From NCBI GenBank assembly GCA_977017575.1, contig CDRNVI010000012.1:868001-932000 (forward strand): a stretch of DNA of 64,000 nt. Reading direction: 5' to 3'. The notes beneath the pieces were generated by a model, which had not been told where the DNA came from, ran no database searches, and was given only the letters and a program-made list of their open reading frames with translations. The position numbers were made by a program, and so were the translations under genes. The stretch's first letter is position 1; each line of letters starts with the position of its first letter. Shown here piece by piece: positions 27,107-38,477 of the stretch. Origin of the DNA: Paramoeba atlantica (taxonomy: Eukaryota > Protista > Discosea).

Positions 27107-27329
27107 GGATGAACCCATCTCCACACTTTCCTCTTTACGATATGTTGATTTGTGCAGCAAAAAATACATGTGGCCGATGTCACATGCAGCGTTCGATTTA
27201 TTCCAATTTTGCTTACGAGACAAATATAGGCTTCATTCATATTCTTCCAATGCTAAGTTTTCCAATACTAAGCCTAACAACATACTAAAAGTTTTATCCA
27301 AAATTCTGTTCTCTTCTTTCTCTTCTTTC

Positions 27330-28360
27330 CATGACAATCTCTAACAAGGAGGACCTTTTCGATGGTATCCTCCTCGGACTCGCCCAACGCCATACCGGGG
27401 GCGTGGACGACCTACTGGATACTTTCTTCTCCTTCCTGGAACGCAAAACCGACTTTTTCTCCCGACCCGACGAAGCGCTCCGCAGAGTACAAAACCACTT
27501 TACCCACGCCCAGCAACAATTTGAAAAACGAATCGCCACAACACGGCAGCAACAACAACAACACGCTGCAACAATGAAAGCCACAACATCCCCCCAAGCC
27601 GAAAAACAACACCCCCACAGTCGTGTCGAGGTACTCAGTGACACAGAAGAGGAGACCGAGGCCGACGACACCCCCCGTCGTGTCGAGGCCTACAAGCAAA
27701 ACATCGCCGCCACCGAGGCACGTCTCCAGGACACCCTCCACGAGATTGCCTCCCGTCCCCCGACAACCTCCAAGACCCCGGAGAGTGAGGCTCCCCTCTC
27801 CTCCGAACAAACACAGTCACAGCCCCCCGCTCTCCCCCCGAACTCCGGCAACGGTGCCGATCTCCCGCGCTACCGTTTCACCCAGACCCTCGGGGAGCTG
27901 GAGCTCCGCGTGCCGCTGCCCTTCCCCTGCAAAGCCCGGGATCTCGAAATCGAGCTCACCCCGGGCTCCATCGCGGTGGGACGGAAGCGCGACCCCGCGG
28001 GGCCGTGGCTCTCCGGGGCCTTCACCCACGCGGTGAAGACCGGGGAGTGTGTGTGGACGCTGGAGGAGGGCGGGGGGACGGTGGTGGTACAGCTGGTGAA
28101 ACAGAACGGACAGCAGTGGTGGAAGTCCGTGCTGGTGGGGGATGCGGAGATTGATTTGTCCAAGGTGGTCCCGGAGAATTCGAAATTGGGGGATTTGGAT
28201 CGCGAGACACGGCAGACGGTGGAGAAGATGATGTATGATCAGCGGCGTAAGCAGATGGGGTTGCCGACCTCGGAGGATGAGAAGAAAAATGAGATGCTAC
28301 AGAAGTTTATGGAACAGCACCCGGAGATGGATTTCTCGAAGGCGAAGTTTAGCTAGTGAG
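27330..28360. other. C-rich to G-rich skew-switch island (switch ~27990)
   Basis: C-ending codons dominate the 5' part of NudC and G-ending codons the 3' part. Confidence 0.85.
27331..28356 (+). CDS. NUDC: Nuclear migration protein NudC
   Basis: DGILLGLAQ...LLDTFFSFL.RKTDFF, PNSGNGADLPRY.FTQTL, ETRQTVEKMMYDQRRKQMGLPTS, HPEMDFSKAKF. Confidence 0.96.
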   Translation: MTISNKEDLFDGILLGLAQRHTGGVDDLLDTFFSFLERKTDFFSRPDEALRRVQNHFTHAQQQFEKRIATTRQQQQQHAATMKATTSPQAEKQHPHSRVEVLSDTEEETEADDTPRRVEAYKQNIAATEARLQDTLHEIASRPPTTSKTPESEAPLSSEQTQSQPPALPPNSGNGADLPRYRFTQTLGELELRVPLPFPCKARDLEIELTPGSIAVGRKRDPAGPWLSGAFTHAVKTGECVWTLEEGGGTVVVQLVKQNGQQWWKSVLVGDAEIDLSKVVPENSKLGDLDRETRQTVEKMMYDQRRKQMGLPTSEDEKKNEMLQKFMEQHPEMDFSKAKFS

Positions 28361-28633
28361 GAGTTCAGCGTCGTGAAACAAGAGGGCTCGTCATGCGTGG
28401 GCTGAAGCGTTGGAAAGTATTTATTTGGTGCGTCAAATGAACAGCCAATGTGCTTTAGACATGAAATAGTGATCAGACCTGATATCCCTTTTATTCGTGT
28501 TGGTAATTAGCTCTTCGTTGTATAAAACAGTTTACGTTCTAGCAAGGTACTACTTAAAGGATAATAAGGTTAAAAAACACTTTCAATACTGGGCTTTTTT
28601 AGTTTTGTTTTGGCACCACTAACCGATTTTCTA

Positions 28634-29077
28634 ATGTCAAGCAATTTTTCCTTAGTGGGAAGAAGGCTTTTGTCTCCTCTTCTCCGGATACGGGCAATGA
28701 GATCTGTACCCCCAGAAGGCTATACTGTTTTCTACTTATCCAAAGGGCAAGACCTGGCGGAGTATCTAAAAGAGCACTCTAAAAAGTTGTCTATCGTCGT
28801 TTTGTACTCTGAAAAGGGGGAACTGCTCGACGAATTTCAAACGCATTTGTCTCACATTCCACTAGGAGATCCGAAGGATGTTACAGTGGCCTACTTGGGC
28901 ATTGAACACTGTCCTACTTCATTTATCGAAGCGAACAGAGTATGTGCACTGCCTACGTCTTTATTATTTATGAACGGGAGGGTAAAATACAAAGTAGTGG
29001 GGCTTAGGTTGAATGAGCTCAGCATTAAGAGCAACTTCGCATTACGTAACGCGGGTCTAAACCCATGTGCATGGTAG
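28634..29077 (+). CDS. Thioredoxin-fold protein without CxxC, probably mitochondrial
   Basis: Arg-rich N-terminal leader; V.ALPT.LLFMNG...YKVVG thioredoxin C-terminal pattern. Confidence 0.6.
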   Translation: MSSNFSLVGRRLLSPLLRIRAMRSVPPEGYTVFYLSKGQDLAEYLKEHSKKLSIVVLYSEKGELLDEFQTHLSHIPLGDPKDVTVAYLGIEHCPTSFIEANRVCALPTSLLFMNGRVKYKVVGLRLNELSIKSNFALRNAGLNPCAW

Positions 29078-29245
29078 TTCTTAAACCATACTTAATGAAA
29101 GTGTATATTTCGAGAAGTACGTTGTATGAATTAAACAAAAAAAGGCTTATAGAGGGTCACACATATTTTTCATTTGTAAGAGGGGTCTAAGATTTCTATT
29201 CTTACACTGAATATTGATTTCTATTTCAGTTACGTTTCTATTTTC

Positions 29246-32200
29246 ATGGACACTGAGTATCCCGAAACGGCAGATGTTGATTATAGCGAATATCCGCTAA
29301 AAGATTTATTAAGCCACAAGGAGTGGAAGGCAAGAAAGGTAGGATATGAGAGACTTCGCGATCTCAGCGCGAAGAGCAATCTTCCGGATCCTCTTCAGTA
29401 CGTTGAATTGATTCCCAGTTTTCTGAAAGAGCCGAATGTAGCCGTGCTTGAAGTAGCTTTTGAAGCTCTACATGGTCTTTTGAAGCAGTTGAATGTGCCA
29501 CATTCTGTAGAAGATTCTGTATTATCAACTCTATGTGAAAAGGGCTTAAGTGGGCGACCCCGCGCGCTTCGTGCTACTCTTGATGCTCTGGTAGAATTGG
29601 TAGCTATGGGGAATGGCCAGGCCGTCGTCGAAGCCCTTCTTTTGCACGCGAGTTCTAAGAGCCCGAAAGGTCGGCATGGTGTGCTTCAAGCCGTACGGCG
29701 GCTTCTTCAAGAATTCGGTTCCGTTTTCGACTCAAAACTGAAGCCTCTGTTAAAATCTTTAACTACGTTGGTAAATGATTCCGACAAGAACGTGAGAAAG
29801 GAAGCATTGGGTGTGTTTGTTGTGCTTTATCGTCATATAGGGGACACGATACGACCTTTTCTGGCTGATCTTCGAGATGTACAGAAAGAAGAATTAGAAA
29901 AAGAATTTGCCGGCGTTTCCAATACTCAGCCGCAAACCTATCGACCTTTACATGGCAACTTAACCGATGTAACTGTCACTAAAGCTTCTGTTAGACATGG
30001 CGAAAGTCAGAGTGTCTCTACTACGTTTGTTGCTGCTACTCCACTTGCTGGCATCGAGCTTCACGACGCCACACCGGTGTTAAGTAAACTTCCGAAAGCG
30101 TTTATTGGCACCGTGATGAACAAGGGACTTAAATGGCAAGAGCGCAACGAAATGGTACAGGAGAATTTGACGCCGCTGATAAAAGCTCCAAGATTAAAGG
30201 AGGACGACTATACTGAGTTGGTAAAATGTTTACGATCACTTGTACTGGATTCACAGCTGCCACTCCAAGTGGTGGGAATTAGAAGTATCGGAAGCTTGGC
30301 ATCTGGACTGAGCACGCATTTTTCGCCATACGTTCGATTGGTTGCACCTTGTTTATTCGATAAATTTAAGGAGAAAAAGAAAGGTCACCTTGAAGCCCTA
30401 TGGCTCACCCTCAACACTTTTCTAGACTGTGTTTTGTCGTTTAGCGACATTTTTGATGACTGGGAAGTAGCGGTGACAAGTAAAGTTCCTCATCAACGAG
30501 TGAACGCACTAGAATGGGCATGTGCAGCACTTACGAAACACAACAACGCAACGCATACCAATCGCATACATCAGGCCAGTAACCTTATCAAAAAACTTCT
30601 TTCTGACGATAAAGCCGAAGTTAGAAGCTCATCACAAAAGCTTCAAAGTGTTCTGAACGGTTGCAAAATTGAGAACCAAGCGGCAAAAACGAGACCAGAA
30701 GTGCATGAACCCTTACGCAAGATTCATGAAAAAGATGCGCGAGTACGCGAACGAACTCCTTCAAAACTTCAAGGTGGAACACACGCCAAGTTATTTAAAA
30801 CTGTGAACAAGGAAGTATCTTCTCTTATTGTGGATCAATCGCCTGCAAAAGTAAACACAGAAGTGAAACCCTATTCCTTCAGTGAAACTATTGGTCTCGA
30901 GTCAAAACCAAGAGAGTGTGATGAAGCAATTAACGATCTTACGACCTGTTTTCCCCACGAGATCATTACACAGCTCTCTAACAGAGACTGGAGTGTGAGA
31001 CGAGATGCTGTTCGCTACATGTTAGAAACTGTGAGGTCTTGGTCCGAGTCTGAAGTTATAGGTTCCATCGAAAGTCTTGTATCACTGTTACATTACAGTC
31101 CCAGTTGGAAAGAAAATAATATGTACACGCTAGTTGAAATGTTGTCCTTGCTGAAGGCACTCCTTATCCCGCTATCGCAAAGCACTATAATTCCTTCCTT
31201 CATTGCTCGCTTAATGATAGAGGGGCCTTTCCCGCGACTAATTGACTCACGGTGTCAACCTACTATTTATGAAATCTACGACTTGGTTGCGAAAATGCAT
31301 GGTTCTCAGTTTTTAGTGACCCATGTGGCATATTTGACATCAAAGAATATTTCCAACGCAAAATTAGCATGTGAAGGGATGTTGTATATGCAGCATAGCA
31401 TTGAACAACATCCTTCCGATCCTACTGATACTAGCTTGATAGTCCACATGGGTAAAATGGGTCTCGCGCACCTTCAGCCTTCAGTACGTGAAGTCACGGC
31501 GATCTTGGTTACTGCAGCAAGCCGGGTAAATAAAGAAAACCTTGCGAAGCACATGGAGGAAATTAAACCTCAACTCAGAGGAGCACTGGAATCATCGATT
31601 GACAGGGTATTAGATAATCAATCGGGGCGTCACCCTTATAGTACGTCTGCCTCTACAAAGACTAATTACTCGTCCCAGGTAAGTTCGAAAGATAACATTG
31701 ATCTGACTTCTAACGAATTAGTAAAGAAATTTGAGAGGTGCGCTGATTGGCAAGACTATTCTAAATTGCTGAAACTTCTTGAGTCCGAACTTTCATGTCA
31801 ACAAAAACCAATCAAATTTTCGTGCTTGGGGGAATTGGTGAAGCATTTCTGTGTACGATTGGAGGAGCCAAACAAGAACATAGTTCTTGAAACCCTTCAC
31901 TCGATGCTATTATTATTTCATGCAATAGAAGGCGGTATCAAACCGGTTTGCCGCGTAGTGATAATGTCTACAATGCCTCTTCTTGGGGATTTAAAGCCCG
32001 CTCTTAGACAAGCAGCGTTCGATCTGGCTGAAGTATGTGTACAACACGGAAATTTTGATACAATTGTCCCCGTCATGTTGCGTGGGATGTGCGCTGAATC
32101 AACACATGCTCGCCAACTTGCTCTTGAGCTTGCTCTTTTGTTTACATCTCGTAATGCCCCCTTTGACCGCGGTGCCTTAAGTGCACTATTAAGTCCTCTT

Positions 32201-34036
32201 CTTCCTCTTCTTCTTGACAAAAGCGCAGCGATTCGAGGACAAGCCGAAAGCATGTTAGAATACGTTGTACCGAACGTCGGATATGATGCTGCTGTTAAGG
32301 CGACTCTGGTGCTTAAACCTGTCGAACAACAACTCATTCGTGATTCTCTTGATCGCTTCAAGGGAATAAGTTCTGACTTAGACGTCAGTATTACGGCGCA
32401 AAAAAACGAGAGCAACGCTCAACCCACCATACATGAATCAGTGCACTTACCACAAGAGAATCGAACAAATGTACACGTAGATTCGGGCAAGAAAGCTGCG
32501 AAACAGAGTGAAGAAGTAAAAACTGAAGTTTTTCTGCATGTGAAAAAAGAGGGAGTCATTCCAGTTAGTGCCGAAACCTCCAACTTAGTACCTTCCAATC
32601 CTTCACAAGGTTCTAAGGTGGGGGTACGTGGTGAACTCGACGACCATAACGTCCACGATTTTTCTAAATCAAACTCTACTATCTTCAATTCAAAACCAAG
32701 TCCAAATGTGGAAGTAGGTCTGTCTGCACCGATGACTTTGCCGACTGAAGTAATACCAGCACCAGCTTCTCACAGTTTACGAGAATCGTGTCACATTATT
32801 GGGTATGGAGCGATCGAGCAAGCTCTTTATCAATGCCAGGAATGGATTCGGGCGCTACAAGGTACAACGCCCATAGCCTGCCTCGTTAGCGAAAAGGAAG
32901 TTTCTTCGCTCTTTCGTGCGTTGCTACATAGACTGCACAATGTGCTCGAAAACATTGCTGTGAATACCAAGCCTGCCTTTCAAAGATTGGTAGGGGCTCT
33001 ACAGGCTCTTGCAAAACGTAAAGATTTAGTGAGCCGCATGAGGACCGTCGATCTCCAGGAGCATTTCGCCAGCATGCTACAAGCCTTACTTGAGAGCAAC
33101 AATGTTGAGGATACGAGTTTCTCCAAGTCACTAAATTCACTCATTCTAAGCATGATTGAGTGCAGTGAACTTTCATCGTGCCTTGAGTCTCTCATTTTAC
33201 GTCTTATTGTTGTTACCCGGAGCTACTTTGTTTCCACAACGCGTTCGAATCACAAGCTGGTTGAAATCACGGTGAAATGTCTGCTTAAGGCTGGTCGCCG
33301 TATGAATCAAGAATTGCCATTGGAGTACAAAGCTGTGTTATCCGCAGCTCATCGTTTTCTAAGAGATCACCCGCCTTCCTCCTTTGAGGGCAAGGATGAC
33401 CTTGCACTACGCACGATAAAGACCCTTTTGTATGATATGACGCGAATATCAGGACCCGCCGTGCGAACCGCGTGTGAGGAATTATCTCCGGAAGGTTCCA
33501 TGATTTCAAGTTTTGTTGAACTCAACTTGCGAAAACTATCCATTTCGGTGTCTGCCTCGCAGAGTACCCCAGCGAGAAACTCATTCGTACCCCCCGTCCA
33601 ACTTTCCGAGAAGCAACATACCCCCTGGAAGGCGAAACCGAGTGGGGAAACTTCTGCTCCCGCGGCACCCATACCGAACTCAACACCGACTCGGTCTCTC
33701 GCCGGGGCGTTCACTCCGCAGCATCGAAGAGCCGCGAGTCCCTTGACGCATCCGCCGGGATCCGGGCCACACGTCACAGCCACACCTGCGGATGATCCTC
33801 TCCAGGGGATCTTCGGTAAAATTCGAATGCTCAACCACACGGAACAAGGCATGAGGGAACTTTACCAGTACGCAAAGTGCAACCCAACGGTCGACATGGG
33901 ACCGCATTTCTATCGATGCAGTGAGGCGTTTCAGACTTATATTGCCCGTCGCTTGAAGAAATATTTCGATGAAGATGTGCGCTCAGGCGCTCTCCCGGCG
34001 GATTTTCCTATTCCTATTCCAAGTCTACAACGTTAA
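29246..34036 (+). CDS. CKAP5: XMAP215/ch-TOG/Dis1 microtubule polymerase
   Basis: TOG repeats (HKEWKARK.GYE, KWQERNE, RDWSVRRDA), SDKNVRKEA HEAT motif, C-terminal ELYQY...F...SEAFQTYI.R.L. Confidence 0.92.
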   Translation: MDTEYPETADVDYSEYPLKDLLSHKEWKARKVGYERLRDLSAKSNLPDPLQYVELIPSFLKEPNVAVLEVAFEALHGLLKQLNVPHSVEDSVLSTLCEKGLSGRPRALRATLDALVELVAMGNGQAVVEALLLHASSKSPKGRHGVLQAVRRLLQEFGSVFDSKLKPLLKSLTTLVNDSDKNVRKEALGVFVVLYRHIGDTIRPFLADLRDVQKEELEKEFAGVSNTQPQTYRPLHGNLTDVTVTKASVRHGESQSVSTTFVAATPLAGIELHDATPVLSKLPKAFIGTVMNKGLKWQERNEMVQENLTPLIKAPRLKEDDYTELVKCLRSLVLDSQLPLQVVGIRSIGSLASGLSTHFSPYVRLVAPCLFDKFKEKKKGHLEALWLTLNTFLDCVLSFSDIFDDWEVAVTSKVPHQRVNALEWACAALTKHNNATHTNRIHQASNLIKKLLSDDKAEVRSSSQKLQSVLNGCKIENQAAKTRPEVHEPLRKIHEKDARVRERTPSKLQGGTHAKLFKTVNKEVSSLIVDQSPAKVNTEVKPYSFSETIGLESKPRECDEAINDLTTCFPHEIITQLSNRDWSVRRDAVRYMLETVRSWSESEVIGSIESLVSLLHYSPSWKENNMYTLVEMLSLLKALLIPLSQSTIIPSFIARLMIEGPFPRLIDSRCQPTIYEIYDLVAKMHGSQFLVTHVAYLTSKNISNAKLACEGMLYMQHSIEQHPSDPTDTSLIVHMGKMGLAHLQPSVREVTAILVTAASRVNKENLAKHMEEIKPQLRGALESSIDRVLDNQSGRHPYSTSASTKTNYSSQVSSKDNIDLTSNELVKKFERCADWQDYSKLLKLLESELSCQQKPIKFSCLGELVKHFCVRLEEPNKNIVLETLHSMLLLFHAIEGGIKPVCRVVIMSTMPLLGDLKPALRQAAFDLAEVCVQHGNFDTIVPVMLRGMCAESTHARQLALELALLFTSRNAPFDRGALSALLSPLLPLLLDKSAAIRGQAESMLEYVVPNVGYDAAVKATLVLKPVEQQLIRDSLDRFKGISSDLDVSITAQKNESNAQPTIHESVHLPQENRTNVHVDSGKKAAKQSEEVKTEVFLHVKKEGVIPVSAETSNLVPSNPSQGSKVGVRGELDDHNVHDFSKSNSTIFNSKPSPNVEVGLSAPMTLPTEVIPAPASHSLRESCHIIGYGAIEQALYQCQEWIRALQGTTPIACLVSEKEVSSLFRALLHRLHNVLENIAVNTKPAFQRLVGALQALAKRKDLVSRMRTVDLQEHFASMLQALLESNNVEDTSFSKSLNSLILSMIECSELSSCLESLILRLIVVTRSYFVSTTRSNHKLVEITVKCLLKAGRRMNQELPLEYKAVLSAAHRFLRDHPPSSFEGKDDLALRTIKTLLYDMTRISGPAVRTACEELSPEGSMISSFVELNLRKLSISVSASQSTPARNSFVPPVQLSEKQHTPWKAKPSGETSAPAAPIPNSTPTRSLAGAFTPQHRRAASPLTHPPGSGPHVTATPADDPLQGIFGKIRMLNHTEQGMRELYQYAKCNPTVDMGPHFYRCSEAFQTYIARRLKKYFDEDVRSGALPADFPIPIPSLQR

Positions 34037-34462
34037 AAAGAGCTGCGGGTTGTAGAGCAGTTGCATAAAAGTAGATCTCTTTCTTAGACACGTAGGGTGC
34101 ACACACGTATCATGCTTTTTTAGAAACAGCTCGCCCGAGTTGTGCAGTTCGGTGTGGCAAATTCTACGTACTTGTCTTCATACATTGAGCAATGTTGCAA
34201 GGCGGATAGTGATATTTTGTATTTGCACTATATTCGCCTATAACACTTATAGGAAAATACTTAGATTTAATGCGATAAGTTGATTATTACGCCCTAAAAA
34301 TTTGTTGTGGTGTTATTATTAAAAACGTGAAAAAAATTGCTTTTTTAGTTACGGCACGCTGCGTTGATAAACCACTGCAATCTTTTATTTTCTTCCAATA
34401 TCTAAGGCGTATGTTTACATACCAATCAGTCTTGTAACATATCTCTGTTGAACGCCATTCGA

Positions 34463-35134
34463 ATGCCTGTGACTCCCGGCAATTGTAAAGACGAAAGGTG
34501 TTCCTGGTCGAAGGCCCTATTGTTAGCGCTGTTTAATCAACAAATGGTTCTCGTGCACGAACTTCTCAAGGAAATGTCCCCGTTGACAACATCAGATTTA
34601 CAATTACCTGACCAAAGCATCAGCTTTTCTCATGTGTGTTACGCTGTAGAGGCCGATATTTCTACGGACGATCTCTCAATTCTTCTTTGTTTATGTACCC
34701 CCAGTGATCTTACAAGCTGTGTGGCCTTTGTTTCACTCAACTACACAAGCTGCAAAAACGATGTACTGCATGATACTATAAATCGTCTTTCATCTCAAGA
34801 GAAGGAAATGCTTTCATGGATGTTACTACTCCTTGTCAACGAACACCGGTGGGAATATTTTAACTTGCTGTGCTCGAAAGGTGTACTGCCGCCATCGCAT
34901 GATCAAACGATATGGACTTCTTTATTCGAACTATCGCTCAAGGAGGGAACGTCAGAATGGATTGAGGCTGGATTAGGAAATGCCGAAGTGCAGACTCAAC
35001 CTAGGATAAATCCCGAATTGGCTGCACAAATCGTGAACAAATGTGATGTGCATTTAAAAAGTGGGATTTTGGAGCCTCAAAAACACGATTTGATTAGGTC
35101 TATTCGGCGTACAATTTTAAATTCTCTCCAATAG
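34463..35134 (+). CDS. Hypothetical protein
   Basis: ORF on cluster strand; no family recognised. Confidence 0.6.
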   Translation: MPVTPGNCKDERCSWSKALLLALFNQQMVLVHELLKEMSPLTTSDLQLPDQSISFSHVCYAVEADISTDDLSILLCLCTPSDLTSCVAFVSLNYTSCKNDVLHDTINRLSSQEKEMLSWMLLLLVNEHRWEYFNLLCSKGVLPPSHDQTIWTSLFELSLKEGTSEWIEAGLGNAEVQTQPRINPELAAQIVNKCDVHLKSGILEPQKHDLIRSIRRTILNSLQ

Positions 35135-35354
35135 TCAGCAATGTGGTATTAGTGGATGATCAAGATGAGATCAAATACCCCGTTCAGGGAGATCATCTAA
35201 TTCGCTAGTGGCCGATTTGATGGTGCTTATCCATTTCCGGACCCGGACTTTATTATAACGGACACATTTCTTCATTATGTCAGGATTCGAAGAATACGCC
35301 GTTTGAACTCATCCTTCTCTCTTTCACTCTCGAAAAAGGGAAAACACTTTTCCG

Positions 35355-35416
35355 ACAGTTTCGAATTTCTTTTCGAACAGTTTTGAATTTCTGAACAGTT
35401 TCGAATTTCTTTTGGA
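35355..35416. repeat. Degenerate ~20-bp tandem repeat x3
   Basis: acagtttcgaatttcttttcga / acagttttgaatttctga / acagtttcgaatttcttttgga. Confidence 0.8.
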
Positions 35417-35666
35417 GGACCATTTCGATAGTTACAGTAATGTGTAGTTAGTAGTACAGTAAGTAGTACACTTTAGTGTGTATTTTATCATAGCCTGAAA
35501 GTGCAGTGAAAATGTTCAACATAGTGCATACAGTTTGTATAATTTTTTCATGCCATCACTCTATACAGTAAAAGGCGGCTCGTATTATTTGTAATAAGTG
35601 TAATTATCACTGCGCAGAATAAAAAAAACGAAGTATAAAATGGTTTCTTAATTACACCATTAATCC

Positions 35667-36359
35667 ATGATTTCCACCATTCGCGGGGACATTCTATGCA
35701 GATCTCTGAGGCATATCCCAGCTCTTGGCTTTACTCGAGAAACCTTTGAGACGGCAGCGAGAGAAGCTAGACTCTCTCCTATGAGCATCTCTTCAATTTT
35801 CCCCCGAGGGCCTGTCGAGCTCGTTGAGTTTGTCCTCCAAACGGCAAACAAATCGACAGTATGCGCCTTACAAGAATTAATAAGCTCCGCGCAAAATTCT
35901 GAAAGCTTAAATGAATTTCAAGGGACTAAGGGTGTTCAGTCGGCATGTAGAACGCGTTCAAGCGAATGGCAAAAGGATTTACATTCACAATATACTAGCT
36001 TGAAGCCAGAGATCATCCCATCTCTCTCTTCAGCGGATGTGGTGAAGCATGGACTTTCGCACCGTATTTCTTGCATCACACCGTACGCCGCACACTGGAC
36101 TACAGCGATACGATTAGGGCTTCAGTCTACGTCCATAGCACGGGTATTATGCCTTACACGAGAGCTTGCGGATGAGATTTCCTACTACGCAGAAACATAC
36201 GAGGTGGCAAACTATGGAATACGGTGGTACATGAAAAGGGGAGTTCTAATGGGGTTATATGCTGCAGCTGAAATGCATATGGTGGGAGACAATACGGTTC
36301 ACAAAAGATCAACTCATGAATTTGTAGGGAAGCAAGTGGATATGTTATGGAAAGCGTAA
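35667..36359 (+). CDS. COQ9: Ubiquinone biosynthesis protein COQ9
   Basis: L.H+P.LGF, FPRGP.ELV, LADEI.YYA, WY.KR..L.GLY.AAE.HM. Confidence 0.85.
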   Translation: MISTIRGDILCRSLRHIPALGFTRETFETAAREARLSPMSISSIFPRGPVELVEFVLQTANKSTVCALQELISSAQNSESLNEFQGTKGVQSACRTRSSEWQKDLHSQYTSLKPEIIPSLSSADVVKHGLSHRISCITPYAAHWTTAIRLGLQSTSIARVLCLTRELADEISYYAETYEVANYGIRWYMKRGVLMGLYAAAEMHMVGDNTVHKRSTHEFVGKQVDMLWKA

Positions 36360-36512
36360 ATTGTGTTTTTCCGCTTCTTTCATCATTTCCTCACTTCTAG
36401 TACGCTAAGTAAGGATACCGCCATGTTTTCGAGGGTATGTTCCAATCAATGTGAAGTCAACAACTTCCATGTACATGTAGTGGGCAACACTTGTAAATGA
36501 AAGTAATAGCGC

Positions 36513-37016
36513 ATGAGACTCGTGCTCCCTCCTTGGAATACCAACTTACATGTGTTGCAAATTCGCACTCCAAGTCATATCTCTTTTCGTGGACTAGGGA
36601 TACTCCCGCATTCCTCGTGTGGGATGTACCTTCGTGGAGAAGCTAATTCTGGGATTCGGTGGCGCTTTCGTTGTGCTTTATTTTTCGATTGCTTTCCTTC
36701 GATCCCTTTCTTGCGTAGTACCACTGCGCATGTTTCCTTCAAGTTTCTTCCTCCAAAATCCGTCAAAAAGGTCGCCACTCAACATCGTGAAATATCAAAA
36801 ATAACGTTCTTGGAATCTCGTGGAAAGACAGGGTTCCCCGAGCTTGACATTCGAAGCTACATGTCCCAAAATATGATAGAGTTTTTCATACAGCAGAAGA
36901 TCAAATATAGAGAAGCGAGCGGGGATTATGTCTCTGACTTTTCCCAAATCTGGCTTTCACTCGTATTATTAAATAGTTTGAACTTTTTCATCGGTATGTT
37001 CATTATCAAAGTATAA
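36513..37016 (+). CDS. Doubtful hypothetical ORF
   Basis: 167-aa ATG ORF, but it ends only 2 nt before the SCO ATG, leaving no room for a splice acceptor. Confidence 0.25.
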   Translation: MRLVLPPWNTNLHVLQIRTPSHISFRGLGILPHSSCGMYLRGEANSGIRWRFRCALFFDCFPSIPFLRSTTAHVSFKFLPPKSVKKVATQHREISKITFLESRGKTGFPELDIRSYMSQNMIEFFIQQKIKYREASGDYVSDFSQIWLSLVLLNSLNFFIGMFIIKV

Positions 37017-37018
37017 GT

Positions 37019-37807
37019 ATGTCCCGGGCATTTAGTTATGCTGGAAAATTTGCGGGGTTGATCCTTTTTCCTCCTCTTGGCGCTTACACCATATCAAAGG
37101 CAATGGACTATTTTTCACTCGTGCATCATGAATCCACAAAACTATCTGTTTCGACACCTCGAAACTCAATTGGTGTACCTGATCACTCAACGTCGTTCGT
37201 CTTACGCCGCACATCCGATGGGAAGGAACTTTCGGAAAAACAATTTCTTCGTGAGACTACTCATTGGACTCTTCTCTATTTCGGCTTTGCACAATGCGTT
37301 GAGGTTTGTCCCAATAGTATCCGGTACATCTGCAGATTGATCAAAGAAATACGAAATTCGGAAAAACAAATTGTAGGAAACAAGCGTGACGCAAAGGAAT
37401 CTCTCGAAAACGAGGCCTCGAACGCCTTTCAGGAGAATGGTGGCAGTGCGAACGAAGTTCGGGGAGCATTCGTCACACTAGATCCCATTCGGGATGGGTC
37501 TCAGCAAGTTGAATTATTTTTGAATACTCATTGTGACCGTTCTACTAGAGAATTTTTTGATGGTTATGCCGGGAATCCAACCGATACGATATCTGTGGCT
37601 CAAGTTTGGAGAGTTTATTTTTCATCACCAGAAAAGGATGAACAAAAATCTAACCCAGAGTATCAAATTGACCACTCTAACTTCATATTTCTAGTTTCTC
37701 CATCTGGAAAATTCGTTGATTTTTTTGCAAAAGATATGCCTGAAGAAATGGTTGTAGAAAAAATAAAAATGCACATGGAAGGCGCTTATGACATTGATGT
37801 GTATTAA
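37019..37807 (+). CDS. SCO1: SCO1/SCO2 copper chaperone for cytochrome c oxidase
   Basis: TM anchor; WTLLYFGF..CVEVCP (CxxxC), VTLDP.RD, YQIDHS.FIFLVSP.GKFVDFF. Confidence 0.93.
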   Translation: MSRAFSYAGKFAGLILFPPLGAYTISKAMDYFSLVHHESTKLSVSTPRNSIGVPDHSTSFVLRRTSDGKELSEKQFLRETTHWTLLYFGFAQCVEVCPNSIRYICRLIKEIRNSEKQIVGNKRDAKESLENEASNAFQENGGSANEVRGAFVTLDPIRDGSQQVELFLNTHCDRSTREFFDGYAGNPTDTISVAQVWRVYFSSPEKDEQKSNPEYQIDHSNFIFLVSPSGKFVDFFAKDMPEEMVVEKIKMHMEGAYDIDVY

Positions 37808-38477
37808 ATCACTCACTCCGAGCATCTACATTTGAAGGGCTGCGGGTGTGATCTCGCGTGATCTCGCTTTGAACCTCGCCCGCAGCCCCTCATCTCTTAG
37901 CACCGTACTGCATCACTGTGTGCCCGTCACCTCACGGAGGAAGCTTTTTTTTTCCGCTGTATCTTCTCGGAGATATATCCCCCGTGAAGATCACACTTGT
38001 CCTGAAGTGGACGCGAACTCACGTTCAACGGGCGGGACTTGGTCTCCTCTACTCAAGTCCCCACTTTTACTACAGACCTCCCTGATTTAAGTGTATTCAA
38101 AAGTAGGAAGGACAGCACCTCCCAAGACTTACATTCCATAGGTTACATTGTTCTAATGATACAGACGCGCTGTTTCTCTGCTTTTTTGTTGTAAATATTG
38201 CAGCTGTGACACAAATTCTATTGTTTTCTGGTCGCGTGCAATATGCCTTCAAAGGGCAACCTGAAAGAGTATTTTCTTCGCTCCTCTATAATGCTCTCTG
38301 ACATTTCAATCTAAGAACACCTCCGTGATCCTCCTCTGGAGTCCCAACGTTCATGCCAAAGACATAAGGATTTTTTTCGAGTCAACAAAGAAATGACAAA
38401 AGTTATTAGAAAAGCATCCCCCAACTCAAAGGAAGTATAGGATTTTCAGCGGAGCTCTGATTCTTTTAAGTAAAATA

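Noticed and set aside
35355-35416. ACAGTTTC in the repeat matches part of the kinetoplastid SL
   Set aside because: 8-bp match only, and the following bases differ
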